DNA from: Alphaproteobacteria bacterium
GTDB lineage: Bacteria > Pseudomonadota > Alphaproteobacteria > MPNO01 > UBA830
Reading direction: 5' to 3'
Length of the DNA: 64,000 nucleotides
Assembly: GCA_965243135.1 (NCBI GenBank)
Contig: OZ251539.1
Location: 3,328,001 to 3,392,000, forward strand
The notes beneath the pieces are model-generated. The model was given only the letters and a program-made list of their open reading frames with translations, was not told the origin of the DNA and did not search any database. This document shows positions 27,484 through 37,311 of the stretch, piece after piece (the first letter of the stretch is position 1; each line of letters starts with the position of its first letter). Made by a program: the position numbers and the translations under genes.

Positions 27484-28674
27484 ATGAGCGCGCATTCGGA
27501 CGCGGAACTCGCCGCATTGCTGCGCGGCGGAGAATCTCATCTCGCGGAACGAAAGCGCAGCGCCGAGGACCGTAGCGGCATCCGCCGAAACATCTGCGCC
27601 TTCGCCAACGACATTGCGGGCGCCGGCAGGCCGGGAGTGATATTCGTCGGAGTCGAGGACGACGGGACGTGCGCCAATATCCAAGTGGACGATTCCCTGA
27701 TGCGCAATCTGGCGCAGACGGGCTCCGACGGGAACATCCTGCCGCTGCCCGACATGACCGTCGAAAGAAAAATCTTCGAAGGGTGCGAGGTGGCGGTCGT
27801 TCAGGTTGCGCCCGAACGGCGGCCGCCGGTTCGCTACCGGGGAAGGGTCTGGGTCAAGGCCGGCCCGACGGCGCAGCTGGCGAGTCCGGAGCAGGAGCGG
27901 CGCTTGAGCGAAAGACGGCGCGCCGCGGAATTGCCGTTCGACATGCGCCCGGTGGAAGAGGCGACGCTCGACGCGCTGGATCTGGATTATGCGCGAAATC
28001 GTTACCTGCCGTCCGCCGTCGCGTCCGACGTGCTGGAAAGCAACCGGAGATCCCTGGACGAACAATTGCGCTCGTTGCGCCTGATCGTCGATGATTCTCC
28101 GACCTGGGGGGCGTTGCTGTGTCTCGGGCGCAGCCCTCAACGCTGGCTTCCCGGCGCATATGCGCAATTTCTGCGCATCGACGGTCTCGCCATCACCGAT
28201 CCCATCCTCGACCAGAAAGCCCTGACCGGCAATCTGGAGGATATGCTCAGGGGACTGGACGCGCTTCTGAAATCGAACGTGACGATCTGCACCGAGGTGG
28301 CGCGGACCGCCGAAGAGCGAAGACGGCCCGACTATCCGATCGCGGCGATCCGGCAACTCGCATGGAACGCCTTCATGCACCGGAATTACGAGGGCACGAA
28401 CGCCCCCGTGCGCGTCTACTGGTACGCCGACCGCCTGGAAATCAGGAGCCCCGGCGGCCTGTACGGACAGGTGACGGAAGAAAATTTCGGGAACGGCGCG
28501 ACCGACTACCGGAATCCCCTCCTGGCGGAGGCGATGCACAATCTGGGCTTCGCCCAACGATTCGGGCCGGGCATTCCCCTCGCCCGCCGGACCATGGCCG
28601 AGAACGGCAATCCGCCGCCCGAATTCGCGTTGCGACCGACGGAAATCGTCGTCACCGCGAGGCCGCCGCCATGA
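27484..28674 (+). CDS. AlbA_2 (Schlafen-like) domain + RecG-C/HATPase_c_4 domain protein
   Basis: ES...ERK, ICAFAND, IFVGVEDDG, NAFMHRNY, EIRSPGGL, RNPLLA. Confidence 0.85.
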   Translation: MSAHSDAELAALLRGGESHLAERKRSAEDRSGIRRNICAFANDIAGAGRPGVIFVGVEDDGTCANIQVDDSLMRNLAQTGSDGNILPLPDMTVERKIFEGCEVAVVQVAPERRPPVRYRGRVWVKAGPTAQLASPEQERRLSERRRAAELPFDMRPVEEATLDALDLDYARNRYLPSAVASDVLESNRRSLDEQLRSLRLIVDDSPTWGALLCLGRSPQRWLPGAYAQFLRIDGLAITDPILDQKALTGNLEDMLRGLDALLKSNVTICTEVARTAEERRRPDYPIAAIRQLAWNAFMHRNYEGTNAPVRVYWYADRLEIRSPGGLYGQVTEENFGNGATDYRNPLLAEAMHNLGFAQRFGPGIPLARRTMAENGNPPPEFALRPTEIVVTARPPP

Positions 28675-29609
28675 AGATCCTCGCCTTCATCAACAACCGG
28701 CAGGAGATCGACAGAACCTCGCTCGTATATCACCTCGCCTGGATGTACGAGGATCTCGGCCTGAACGTGATCGCGGCCGACCTCGACCCTCAGGCGGCTC
28801 TGACCGGCATGTTTCTCCCGGAGAGCGAACTGAACGCCCTGTGGAACGGAACCGGCCCCCGACGAACCGCGTTCGGCGCGCTCGGCCCGCTTCTGGACGG
28901 CGACGTCGGACCGCCGCACGTCGAGGAAATTTCGCCGGGCATCGGCCTCCTCGCGGGCGACGCTTCGCTTTCGGCCGGCGCGTTCGCCGACCTAGGGAAG
29001 GACGACGCCTCCCGCATTGCCGCCGGTCTGCGACGAGTCCTGCATCTGGCTGCCGAAACGAACGCGGCGACCCTGGTCCTCGCGGACATGGGGCCGAACG
29101 CGAATCTGCTCAACCGGGCGGGCCTGGCGGCGGCCGACCATGTCGTCGTTCCTCTCGCGCCCGACCTCAGGTCTCTCGAAAGCCTCCGAATTCTCGGCCC
29201 GACGCTGCGGCGCCGGCAACGGGACGAGCCCCCGAACCTCCGGGTTCCCGTCCCCCGCCCGTCCGGGAACCCGCTGGCGGGCTATGTCGTCACGCGGCAA
29301 CTCGTTCGCCTCTACCTGCCGCTCGGGGGGCGCTGGATCGACCTGATGCCGGACGCTTATCGCGAAGCGGTCGCCGGAGAGAAAGCCCCGCCCGGCACGA
29401 AGGTCGGAGAGGATCCCTGTTGCCTGGGGACGCTCTCGCCGTTCCAGCTTCTCATGCCGATGGCGGAAGAGGCCCGCAAGCCCATGTTCTTTCTCAAGCC
29501 CGCGGACGGCGCAGTGGGCGGCCACGCGCCTGCGGTCGCGGAATGCTACCGCGAATACCGCGTCCTCGCCCGCGCGTTGGCCGAACGTTGCGAAATCCCG
29601 ATGCCGTGA
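28671..29609 (+). CDS. ParA-family protein with degenerate Walker A
   Basis: NNRQEIDRTS in place of NNKGGVGKTS; ADLDPQ, DMGPN, VVPLAPD, ARKPMF.L. ATGA overlap with the upstream gene. Confidence 0.8.
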   Translation: MKILAFINNRQEIDRTSLVYHLAWMYEDLGLNVIAADLDPQAALTGMFLPESELNALWNGTGPRRTAFGALGPLLDGDVGPPHVEEISPGIGLLAGDASLSAGAFADLGKDDASRIAAGLRRVLHLAAETNAATLVLADMGPNANLLNRAGLAAADHVVVPLAPDLRSLESLRILGPTLRRRQRDEPPNLRVPVPRPSGNPLAGYVVTRQLVRLYLPLGGRWIDLMPDAYREAVAGEKAPPGTKVGEDPCCLGTLSPFQLLMPMAEEARKPMFFLKPADGAVGGHAPAVAECYREYRVLARALAERCEIPMP

Positions 29610-29752
29610 GCGTTCCCGGGTTCCTGTCCTGAGCCATGACGGCGGCAGAGCGTCCGCCCGCGCTGCAATGTCCGACCATCCGCACGGGTCACCACCGCTT
29701 CAACCTGGAGATTTCCTCCGCGCGCGCCGGTTCGCGAAGCCCCCGCGTCCGC

Positions 29753-29778
29753 AAAAAAGGGCCGCCCGAAGGCGGCCC
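29753..29778 (-). terminator. Rho-independent terminator of the sRNA
   Basis: 8-bp GC stem, UUCG loop, U6 tail. Confidence 0.85.
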
Positions 29779-29840
29779 AGTTGGATAGGGAGGAAACGTC
29801 CAAGAAAACGATGAAACACAGGCCGCTTGGACAACCAACC
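29753..29840 (-). ncRNA. suhB: suhB / alpha-r8 (MmgR/GsrN-like) small RNA
   Basis: Minus strand: GTCCAAG...CTTGGAC stem, the hallmark TTTCCTCCCT motif, then terminator GGGCCGCC-TTCG-GGCGGCCC-TTTTTT. The 5' end is approximate. Confidence 0.8.
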
Positions 29841-30045
29841 CGTGTGCGATGCAATATATCGTTCGTTCACGAACGAATCAAGGGAATGGACTGAATCGGG
29901 TGAAAAATTTTTTCGCCTCTCCCGAAAACCGTCCCGATCCCGGAAAAATGGTGCATTGCACAATCGCTTCCGGGCCCCGCGGGCGGCGGTTGAACTTCCC
30001 GACGGAAGGCCCTATGGTCCTCGCCATGCAGATCGGGAAGCTGCG

Positions 30046-31422
30046 GTGAGCCGACTCGTCGTCGTATCGAACCGGGTCGCCCCCGTAGGCGAAGGAGAAA
30101 CCGTCATCGGCGGCCTTGCGGTCGCCGTGCTCGCCGCGCTCAGGGAGACCGGCGGCATCTGGTTCGGCTGGAGCGGGGAAACGGCGGAACGGCGCCCGGC
30201 CGGGCCCGCGCTCAACGTTCAGGACAACCTGACGATCGCGACGGTCGACCTGACCGAAAGGGACGTCGACGAGTACTACAACGGCTTCTCCAACGGCGCC
30301 CTGTGGCCGCTGCTGCACTATCGGCTGGACCTGTCGCGCTTCCATCGCCACGACTATCTCGGCTACATGCGGGTCAACGACTGGCTGGCGCGCAAGCTGC
30401 TGGAGCTGCTCGAACCCGGCGACACGATCTGGGTTCACGACTACCATCTGATCCCGCTCGCAAGAATCCTCCGCCAGATGGGCAGCGCCAACCGCATCGG
30501 CTTCTTTTCGCACACCCCGTTCCCGCCGACCGATCTCTTCGTCGCGCTGCCGTGGCATGAGGCGTTGCTGGAAGCGTTGTGCGACTACGACCTGATCGGC
30601 TTTCAGACGGCGCACGATCTCGCCGCGTTCCACGACTGCGTGCGGACCGCCGGCGGCGGCAACGTCGCGGACGACGACACCGTCGAGGCGTTCGGACGCA
30701 GAGCGCGGGCGGGCGTCTTTCCCATCGGGCTGGATACGGACAACGTCCGCAAGTTGGCCGCGAAGCACAATCGCTCGCGGATCTACCGGCGGCTGAAGGA
30801 AGTGCTGCACGAACGCAGCATGATCGTCGGCGTCGACCGGCTCGACTACAGCAAGGGTCTCGTCGACCGTTTCCAAGCCTACGGCAAATTGCTGGAACTG
30901 TACGGCAACCTGCGCGGCAAGGTCACGCTGATGCAGGTCGCGCCGCCCTCGCGCACCGACGTCTACGGTTACGACGAGATCCGAACCGAGCTCGAAAACC
31001 TGACCGGCCACATCAACGGCCGGTTCGCGGACTTCGACTGGGTGCCCGTGCGCTACCTCAACCGCAGCTTCGCACGGGACATGCTCACCTGCTTCTATCG
31101 CGGAGCGGCGGTCGGACTGGTGACGCCGCTGCGCGACGGGATGAATCTCGTGGCCAAGGAATACGTGGCGTCGCAGAACCCGGAGCGTCCGGGCGTGCTG
31201 GTGCTGTCGCGGTTCGCCGGCGCGGCCGAGGACATGAAGGAAGCGCTGATCGTCAACCCCTACGACCACGACGAGGTCGCCAACGCGCTGTATCGCTCGC
31301 TTCACATGCCGCTGGGCGAGCGCCGCAGGCGCTGGCGCGCCTTGATGGACGGACTCGTCGACCGGGACGTTCACGCCTGGCGCCGCCGTTTCCTCGAAGA
31401 ACTGGAGAGAACCAGCGGATAA
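30046..31422 (+). CDS. otsA: Trehalose-6-phosphate synthase
   Basis: [52 protein letters not shown]. Confidence 0.95.
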   Translation: MSRLVVVSNRVAPVGEGETVIGGLAVAVLAALRETGGIWFGWSGETAERRPAGPALNVQDNLTIATVDLTERDVDEYYNGFSNGALWPLLHYRLDLSRFHRHDYLGYMRVNDWLARKLLELLEPGDTIWVHDYHLIPLARILRQMGSANRIGFFSHTPFPPTDLFVALPWHEALLEALCDYDLIGFQTAHDLAAFHDCVRTAGGGNVADDDTVEAFGRRARAGVFPIGLDTDNVRKLAAKHNRSRIYRRLKEVLHERSMIVGVDRLDYSKGLVDRFQAYGKLLELYGNLRGKVTLMQVAPPSRTDVYGYDEIRTELENLTGHINGRFADFDWVPVRYLNRSFARDMLTCFYRGAAVGLVTPLRDGMNLVAKEYVASQNPERPGVLVLSRFAGAAEDMKEALIVNPYDHDEVANALYRSLHMPLGERRRRWRALMDGLVDRDVHAWRRRFLEELERTSG

Positions 31423-31504
31423 CGGCCGCCTTTCCCCTTCGTGAAGGTCGCCTATACTGAGGACGATGCCGGGCGCAGCCCGTTGCAACAGGGGAGAGAA
31501 ACAA

Positions 31505-32515
31505 ATGAAGACGCTACTGTCCGCGGCCGCGGCCGCCGTCGCTCTGTGCTCCTTGTCCGCGCACTCCGCGACCCTGACGATTTCGATATGGGGCGGCGGT
31601 TACGGCGCGATGTGGAAGAAGCACGCCGCCGAGCCCTTCGAAAAGAAGACCGGGCACAAGGTCGTCGTCGACGGCGGCCGTTCGAGCGAACGCCTGTCGA
31701 AGCTGATCGCCACCAAGGGCAGAGGCACGGATCTGATATTCCTGACCGACTACCAGATGGCCATCGCGAGGGAGAAAGGCCTCCTCGCGCCCGTCGACGC
31801 CGCCAACGTCGGATCGATGGGCGAGCTCTACGACTTCGCGAAGGATCCGCTGGGCGGCGGGTTGTGTCCCGCGATAACCGTGATCGGCGCCGGCCTCGCC
31901 TACAACAAGACCCATTTCGCGGCGCCGCCCGATTCCTGGAACGACCTGTTCCGCGCGGACCTCAAGGCGCGGCCCGGCTATCCCAACATCTCTCAATCCT
32001 ACTCCCCGCTGGTCCTCATCCGGATCGCGGAACTTCACGGCGGCGGACTGGACGCGATCGACCCGGGCTTCGCCAAGCTCGCTTCGATAAAGGAGCGCGT
32101 GCAGATATTCAGGATCTTCGAAATCCTCGACGCCATCAACCAGGGCGACGCTTCCGTCTCGCCGATGCTGAACATCTTCGTCAAGAAGGATCCCAAGGTG
32201 CCGCTCGCCTTCGCCTGGCCGAAGGACGGCGGAATCGGCGTCCTGAACCTCGCCTGCGTGGTGAAGGGGACGGCGAACAAGGCGGTCGCCGAGGAGTTTC
32301 TGGATTTCTACCTCTCGGCCGAGAACCAGAAGCGGATAGCGGAGGGCGGCGGAGACTCGCCGGTCAACAAGACCGTCAAGGTGCCGACCGGAACCAGGTA
32401 CAACATGGTCACCGAAGATCAGGTCGCGAAACTGCACTTCTACGACGCGACGACGGTCGCCGGCAAAAGGGCCGGCTGGCTGACCCGCTTCCAGGAGGAA
32501 ATCGTCGCCAGATAG
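31505..32515 (+). CDS. ABC transporter substrate-binding protein (PotD/polyamine-like)
   Basis: Signal peptide, WGGGY, PDSWNDL, PKDG. Confidence 0.85.
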   Translation: MKTLLSAAAAAVALCSLSAHSATLTISIWGGGYGAMWKKHAAEPFEKKTGHKVVVDGGRSSERLSKLIATKGRGTDLIFLTDYQMAIAREKGLLAPVDAANVGSMGELYDFAKDPLGGGLCPAITVIGAGLAYNKTHFAAPPDSWNDLFRADLKARPGYPNISQSYSPLVLIRIAELHGGGLDAIDPGFAKLASIKERVQIFRIFEILDAINQGDASVSPMLNIFVKKDPKVPLAFAWPKDGGIGVLNLACVVKGTANKAVAEEFLDFYLSAENQKRIAEGGGDSPVNKTVKVPTGTRYNMVTEDQVAKLHFYDATTVAGKRAGWLTRFQEEIVAR

Positions 32516-32524
32516 ATCGCCCCG

Positions 32525-33589
32525 ATGGCCGACGTCGAAATCCGCGGGATCTCGAAGCGTTACGATCGGACATGGGCGTTGCGGCGGGTCAGTTTCGCGG
32601 TCCCGGCGGGCAGCTTCGCGAGTCTGCTCGGACCGAGCGGGTGCGGCAAGACGACGACGCTCCGGCTGATCGCGGGCTTCATCGAACCCGACGAAGGGGA
32701 GGTGCGGATCGGCGGCGCCGTCGTCGATTCGCTGCCTCCCTGGCGGCGCAACCTCGGGGTGGTGTTTCAGAACTACGCCCTGTTTCCCTTCATGACCGTG
32801 GAGGACAACGTCGCCTTCGGGCTGCGCCGCCGCGCGCTCGGCGCGCCCGAAATCGAGCGCCGGGTGGCCGCCGCCCTCGATCTCGTCTCGTTGCCGGGGC
32901 TCGAACGGCGATACCCGCGGCAACTGTCCGGCGGACAGCAGCAGCGCGTCGCTCTGGCCCGCGCGCTCGTGATCCGGCCGGAAGTGCTGCTGCTTGACGA
33001 ACCCCTCTCCAATCTCGACGCCAAGCTGCGCGCCGAGATGCGCTTCGAGCTCAAGCGCATCCAGCGCGAAACCGGAGTGACCTCCATCTTCGTCACGCAC
33101 GATCAGGAAGAGGCGCTGACGCTGTCCGACCGGATCGTCGTTCTGAACCGGGGAACGGTCCGCGCCGACGGCGCGCCGCGGACGATCTGGGAAAACCCGG
33201 AAAGCGCCTTCGTCGCCGATTTCCTCGGCATGGAAAACCTGCTTCCGGCCCGCGTCGAAGGAAGCGGCGGGGAGTCCCGATTCGCCGTCGGCGACGCCGT
33301 CATCACCGCGACGGAAAGGTGCGAGCGAAACCCGGGAGACGACGTGGTTCTGGGAATCCGGTCGGGCGACATCGTGATGGACCCGGAAGCCCCGGAAGGC
33401 GCGGGCAACGAAACCGTCGGCGAGATACGCGAGTTCACCTACCTGGGGGCGAGCATCGCGTTCCAGGTTCAGACTCCGCTTCACGCCCTGCCGCTGATCG
33501 CCACCGGCCGGCGCGACTACGCCCCGGGAGCGACGGTGCGGCTCCGCCTGCCGGAAGACCGCATCAAGATCCTGAAACCCGACGAGTGA
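32525..33589 (+). CDS. ABC transporter ATP-binding protein (PotA-like)
   Basis: GPSGCGKT, LSGGQQQR, LLLDEP, VTHDQEEA. Confidence 0.93.
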   Translation: MADVEIRGISKRYDRTWALRRVSFAVPAGSFASLLGPSGCGKTTTLRLIAGFIEPDEGEVRIGGAVVDSLPPWRRNLGVVFQNYALFPFMTVEDNVAFGLRRRALGAPEIERRVAAALDLVSLPGLERRYPRQLSGGQQQRVALARALVIRPEVLLLDEPLSNLDAKLRAEMRFELKRIQRETGVTSIFVTHDQEEALTLSDRIVVLNRGTVRADGAPRTIWENPESAFVADFLGMENLLPARVEGSGGESRFAVGDAVITATERCERNPGDDVVLGIRSGDIVMDPEAPEGAGNETVGEIREFTYLGASIAFQVQTPLHALPLIATGRRDYAPGATVRLRLPEDRIKILKPDE

Positions 33590-34428
33590 CGACGCGGCGC
33601 ATCCCTCTCGGACTCGCGGCTCCGGTGGCGCTCGCGATGATCGCGGTCGTACTCGTGCCCTGCGCGAACCTGCTGGTCCAAAGCCTCGATCCCGTCGGCG
33701 ACGCCGGAACGTGGCCGGATTTCCGCAATTTCGCGGCGCTGTTCGACAGCAAGATCGGCTATCAGGCGCTGGAACGCACCGTCCGAATCAGCGTGATCGT
33801 GACGGTCATCTGCATCGCCGCGGGCTACCCGGTCGCCCTGTTCATCTCCAGAACGGGCAGGCGCTGGCAGGCGATTCTGCTTGCGCTCGTGATCTTCCCC
33901 TTCCTGATCTCCGCCGTGGTGCGCGCTTTCGGATGGACCGTCATCCTCGGACGCTCGGGTCTCGTCAACAAGGCGCTGATCTGGACCGGACTCGTCGAGA
34001 AGCCGCTGGCGCTCGTCCAGAACGAAATCGGCATCATCGTCGGCGAGACGCATCTGCTGCTGCCTTACATGGTCCTCTCTCTGCTGGCCGTGATCCAGCG
34101 CATCGATCCGAACCTCAAGGACGCCGCCCAGAGTCTCGGGGCCACGCCCGTCGGGGTCTTCTGGAGGGTGGTCGTGCCGATGACCCTGCCCGGACTGCTG
34201 ACCGGGACGCTGCTCGTCTTCAGCCTGGCGATGACGGCCTTCGCGACCCCGTTCCTGCTCGGCGGCGGACGAACGCCGATCCTGACGACGCTTCTCTACC
34301 AGTACGCCTTCGCCCTCTACGACTGGACGAAGGCGGCCACGGTCGGCGTCGCGCTTCTGTGCCTCGGAGCCGCGTTCGTGACGTTTCACCGCCTGCTGTC
34401 GGGCCGGGGATTGCGCAGTTATGGTTGA
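33586..34428 (+). CDS. ABC transporter permease (PotB-like)
   Basis: EAA-like loop DAAQSLGA; GTGA overlap with the upstream gene. Confidence 0.9.
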   Translation: MTTRRIPLGLAAPVALAMIAVVLVPCANLLVQSLDPVGDAGTWPDFRNFAALFDSKIGYQALERTVRISVIVTVICIAAGYPVALFISRTGRRWQAILLALVIFPFLISAVVRAFGWTVILGRSGLVNKALIWTGLVEKPLALVQNEIGIIVGETHLLLPYMVLSLLAVIQRIDPNLKDAAQSLGATPVGVFWRVVVPMTLPGLLTGTLLVFSLAMTAFATPFLLGGGRTPILTTLLYQYAFALYDWTKAATVGVALLCLGAAFVTFHRLLSGRGLRSYG

Positions 34429-35227
34429 CGCGGCGCTTCGCCTCGGACGCGGCTTCCTCGCCGCGTTCGCCGCGTTCTGGCTCGCGTTCCTGGTGGCTCC
34501 CATCGCGGTGACGGCGATCGCTTCTCTGACCAGTTCCTCCTACCTCGTGTTCCCGCCATCGGGCCTTTCGCTGCAATGGTATGCGAAGGGGCTCGGAATG
34601 GACTGGTTCTGGTCGACGCTGGGCAACAGCCTGATCATCGCCATCGGCTCCACGGCCGTCGCGGTCGCCATCGGCATCGCCGCGGCCCGCGTCCTGGCGC
34701 GCCACCGCTTCGCCGGTCGCGGCGCGTTCGAGTACGTCGTGCTCAGCCCCCTGGTCATCCCCGGCGTCGTCGTCGGGTTCGCGCTGTTCAATTTCGCGAT
34801 CATGATCGATTTTCAGGACGCGCCGCTGGTCAACCTGATCGTCGGCCATACCGCCGTCACCGTTCCGTTCACCGTCCGGTCGATCTGGAGCACGATGGCC
34901 GGCTCCGACATTTCCCTCGAAGAGGCCGCGCAGAGCCTCGGGGCGACGCCATGGACCACCTTCCGGACGGTGACGTTTCCGTTGATCGTGCCGGGCATCG
35001 TCGCCGGCGCCATCATCGCCTTCACCTTTTCGTTCAACGACGTGACCATTTCCGCGTTTCTCGTCGCCAGGGAGACCCGCACGCTTCCCGTCGAACTGAT
35101 GGCGCATATCGAATACATCCCCGATCCGACCCCCGCCGCCGTGTCGTCGATCATGATCCTCATGACGCTCGGTTTCTTCCTGCTGATCGAACGCACGGTG
35201 GGGATCGGCGTCTTCACGGAGAAATGA
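34421..35227 (+). CDS. ABC transporter permease (PotC-like)
   Basis: FPPSGLSLQWY, EEAAQSLGA, FSFND. Confidence 0.9.
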   Translation: MVDAALRLGRGFLAAFAAFWLAFLVAPIAVTAIASLTSSSYLVFPPSGLSLQWYAKGLGMDWFWSTLGNSLIIAIGSTAVAVAIGIAAARVLARHRFAGRGAFEYVVLSPLVIPGVVVGFALFNFAIMIDFQDAPLVNLIVGHTAVTVPFTVRSIWSTMAGSDISLEEAAQSLGATPWTTFRTVTFPLIVPGIVAGAIIAFTFSFNDVTISAFLVARETRTLPVELMAHIEYIPDPTPAAVSSIMILMTLGFFLLIERTVGIGVFTEK

Positions 35228-36226
35228 ATGCAGATCGATCCCTTCGTCGCGGCCATGCCGAAGGCCGAGCTTCACGTCCACATCGAGGGCACGATCGGCC
35301 CCGCGCAGCGCGCGGCGCTCGCCCGGCGCAACGGACTCCCCTGTCCCGACGAAGAGGAGATCGCGGCGTCCTTCGACTACGCCGGGCTCGAGGAGTTCCT
35401 GCGGGTCTACTACGAAGGCGTCCGGATGCTCGCGACGGAACGCGACTTTTACGAGACGGCCCGCGCGTTCCTCGACCGATGCGGCGAAGAGAACGTGATC
35501 CATGTCGAGAGCTCGTTCGATCCGCAACCGCACGTCGAGCGGGGAGTTCCGATCGAGGCGGTGATGGACGGACTCATTGCCGCCTGCCGCGAAGCGCGGG
35601 TTTCGACCAGGCTCGTCATGTGCGTCAATCGCGACCGCCCGCTCGACGAAGCGATGCCGCTTTTCGATCTCGTGCGGCCCTGGCGCGAACATATCGCAGG
35701 CGTCGGTCTCGACTCCGCCGAGCGCGGCAATCCGCCCGTCAAGTTCGCGGCGTTCTACGACAAGGCGCGCGCCGAAGGCTACCGGCTCACCGCGCATTGC
35801 GACGTGGATCAGGAAAATTCGGTCGAGCACATCCGCCAATGCCTCGACACGCTGAAGGTCGAGCGCATCGACCACGGCGTCAACGCCCTCGAGGACCCCG
35901 AGCTCGTCGAGAGAATACGGGACAGCGGAACATGCCTGACCGTATGTCCCACGTGGAGGCCTTCCGATCCGGCTCCGCGGCGCCTCGACCGCCTGCGGCG
36001 ACTGTTCGATCTCGGCGTCCGGGTCACGGTGAATACCGACGATCCGGGCCTGTTCGCGAGCGGGTACATGAATCGCACCCTGTCCGCCGTCCGGTCCGCC
36101 GGCGGCTATTCGAAGTCCGAGACGGTCGCGCTCATGCGCAACGCGTTCCTCGGCTGCTGGGCGGAACCGGACGAGAAGGCGGCGATGCTCGAAAGGCTGT
36201 CGGCGTACGCGGATTCTTCATTCTGA
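35228..36226 (+). CDS. add: Adenosine/adenine deaminase family protein
   Basis: PKAELHVHIEG, RIDHG, VNTDDP; atypical AHCDVDQE instead of AHAGE. Confidence 0.85.
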   Translation: MQIDPFVAAMPKAELHVHIEGTIGPAQRAALARRNGLPCPDEEEIAASFDYAGLEEFLRVYYEGVRMLATERDFYETARAFLDRCGEENVIHVESSFDPQPHVERGVPIEAVMDGLIAACREARVSTRLVMCVNRDRPLDEAMPLFDLVRPWREHIAGVGLDSAERGNPPVKFAAFYDKARAEGYRLTAHCDVDQENSVEHIRQCLDTLKVERIDHGVNALEDPELVERIRDSGTCLTVCPTWRPSDPAPRRLDRLRRLFDLGVRVTVNTDDPGLFASGYMNRTLSAVRSAGGYSKSETVALMRNAFLGCWAEPDEKAAMLERLSAYADSSF

Positions 36227-37255
36227 AGCGGCGAGTTCGTCGAACTTCTCCATCCACTCGGCGCGCATCGCGCTCCTCGCCGAATCGTCGACCCAGGCGC
36301 CGTCGATGCCGTTCAGCACGAATTCCCGAAGCCGCTCGAACGGCAACTTGAAGGTCTCGACCATCTCGGCGTAGGCGTTGGCCGGATCCGTGCGATGCAG
36401 CGGCGGGTCGTCGCTGTTGGGCACGATTCGGAGTCCCGCTTCCGCCATGTGCCGGATGGGATGATGCACCGCGAAGTCCTTGCCGCGCAGTTCCCGGTTG
36501 TAGTGGGAATTGGTCGGCACCACGGTGAAGACGATTCCCTCGTCGCGGCACCGGGCGAGCAACGCCTCGTCCTGCAGCACGGTATATCCATGGTCGATGC
36601 GGTCGCATCCGAGCAGATCCAGCGACGTTTCTACGTTGCGGGGCGGCTCGCCGAACTCGCCGGCGTGGGCCGTCCGCCGGAGGCCATGCCGCCCGGCCAG
36701 CCGGTAGGCCTTCCAGAACTTCTCCGGCGGATGGCCGACTTCGAGATAATCCATTCCGATTCCGATCACTTCCTCGCGCGGGTGGGCGACAACGGCTTCG
36801 ACCATCTCGTAGCCGAGCTCCGGGCTCGACTCCCGGTCGATCGAGGGAATCAGCCGGCCGACTATCCCGAAATCCCGTCCCGCGTCCCGCAATCCGGCGA
36901 TCATGCCGTCAACCGCCTCGCCATAGGAAACGCCCGCGATCGCTTGGTGATCGGTCGGGTTCCAGAACATCTCGCGATAGCGCACGCCGCATTCGGCCGC
37001 ATGCTTCTGCGTATCGTAGACGGCGCGGCGAAAGTCGCCGGCTCCTCGCAGCGTCCGGCAGACGACCTTCAGCGTCTTGAGCACGCGGTTGAAGTTCTCG
37101 CCTCGGGCGTAGAGGTCCTCCGGCGCGTCGTGCGGCGGCAAGTCGACGGAATTTTTCCGGGCGAGGAACAGGAACGTCTCGAGCGGAACGGCGCCAGTGA
37201 AATGAACGTGAAGTTCCGCCTTGGGAACCGCACGGCAAAATGATCGCAAGTCCAT
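36218..37255 (-). CDS. add: Adenosine/adenine deaminase family protein (second, convergent)
   Basis: PKAELHVHFTG, TAHAGE, RIDHG, NSDDP. Confidence 0.85.
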   Translation of the reverse strand: MDLRSFCRAVPKAELHVHFTGAVPLETFLFLARKNSVDLPPHDAPEDLYARGENFNRVLKTLKVVCRTLRGAGDFRRAVYDTQKHAAECGVRYREMFWNPTDHQAIAGVSYGEAVDGMIAGLRDAGRDFGIVGRLIPSIDRESSPELGYEMVEAVVAHPREEVIGIGMDYLEVGHPPEKFWKAYRLAGRHGLRRTAHAGEFGEPPRNVETSLDLLGCDRIDHGYTVLQDEALLARCRDEGIVFTVVPTNSHYNRELRGKDFAVHHPIRHMAEAGLRIVPNSDDPPLHRTDPANAYAEMVETFKLPFERLREFVLNGIDGAWVDDSARSAMRAEWMEKFDELAASE

Positions 37256-37311
37256 ATGAAGTTCTCCGTTCAATCGCAAGATGCGCCCGACAGCGGCGCG
37301 CGCCCGTCCCG

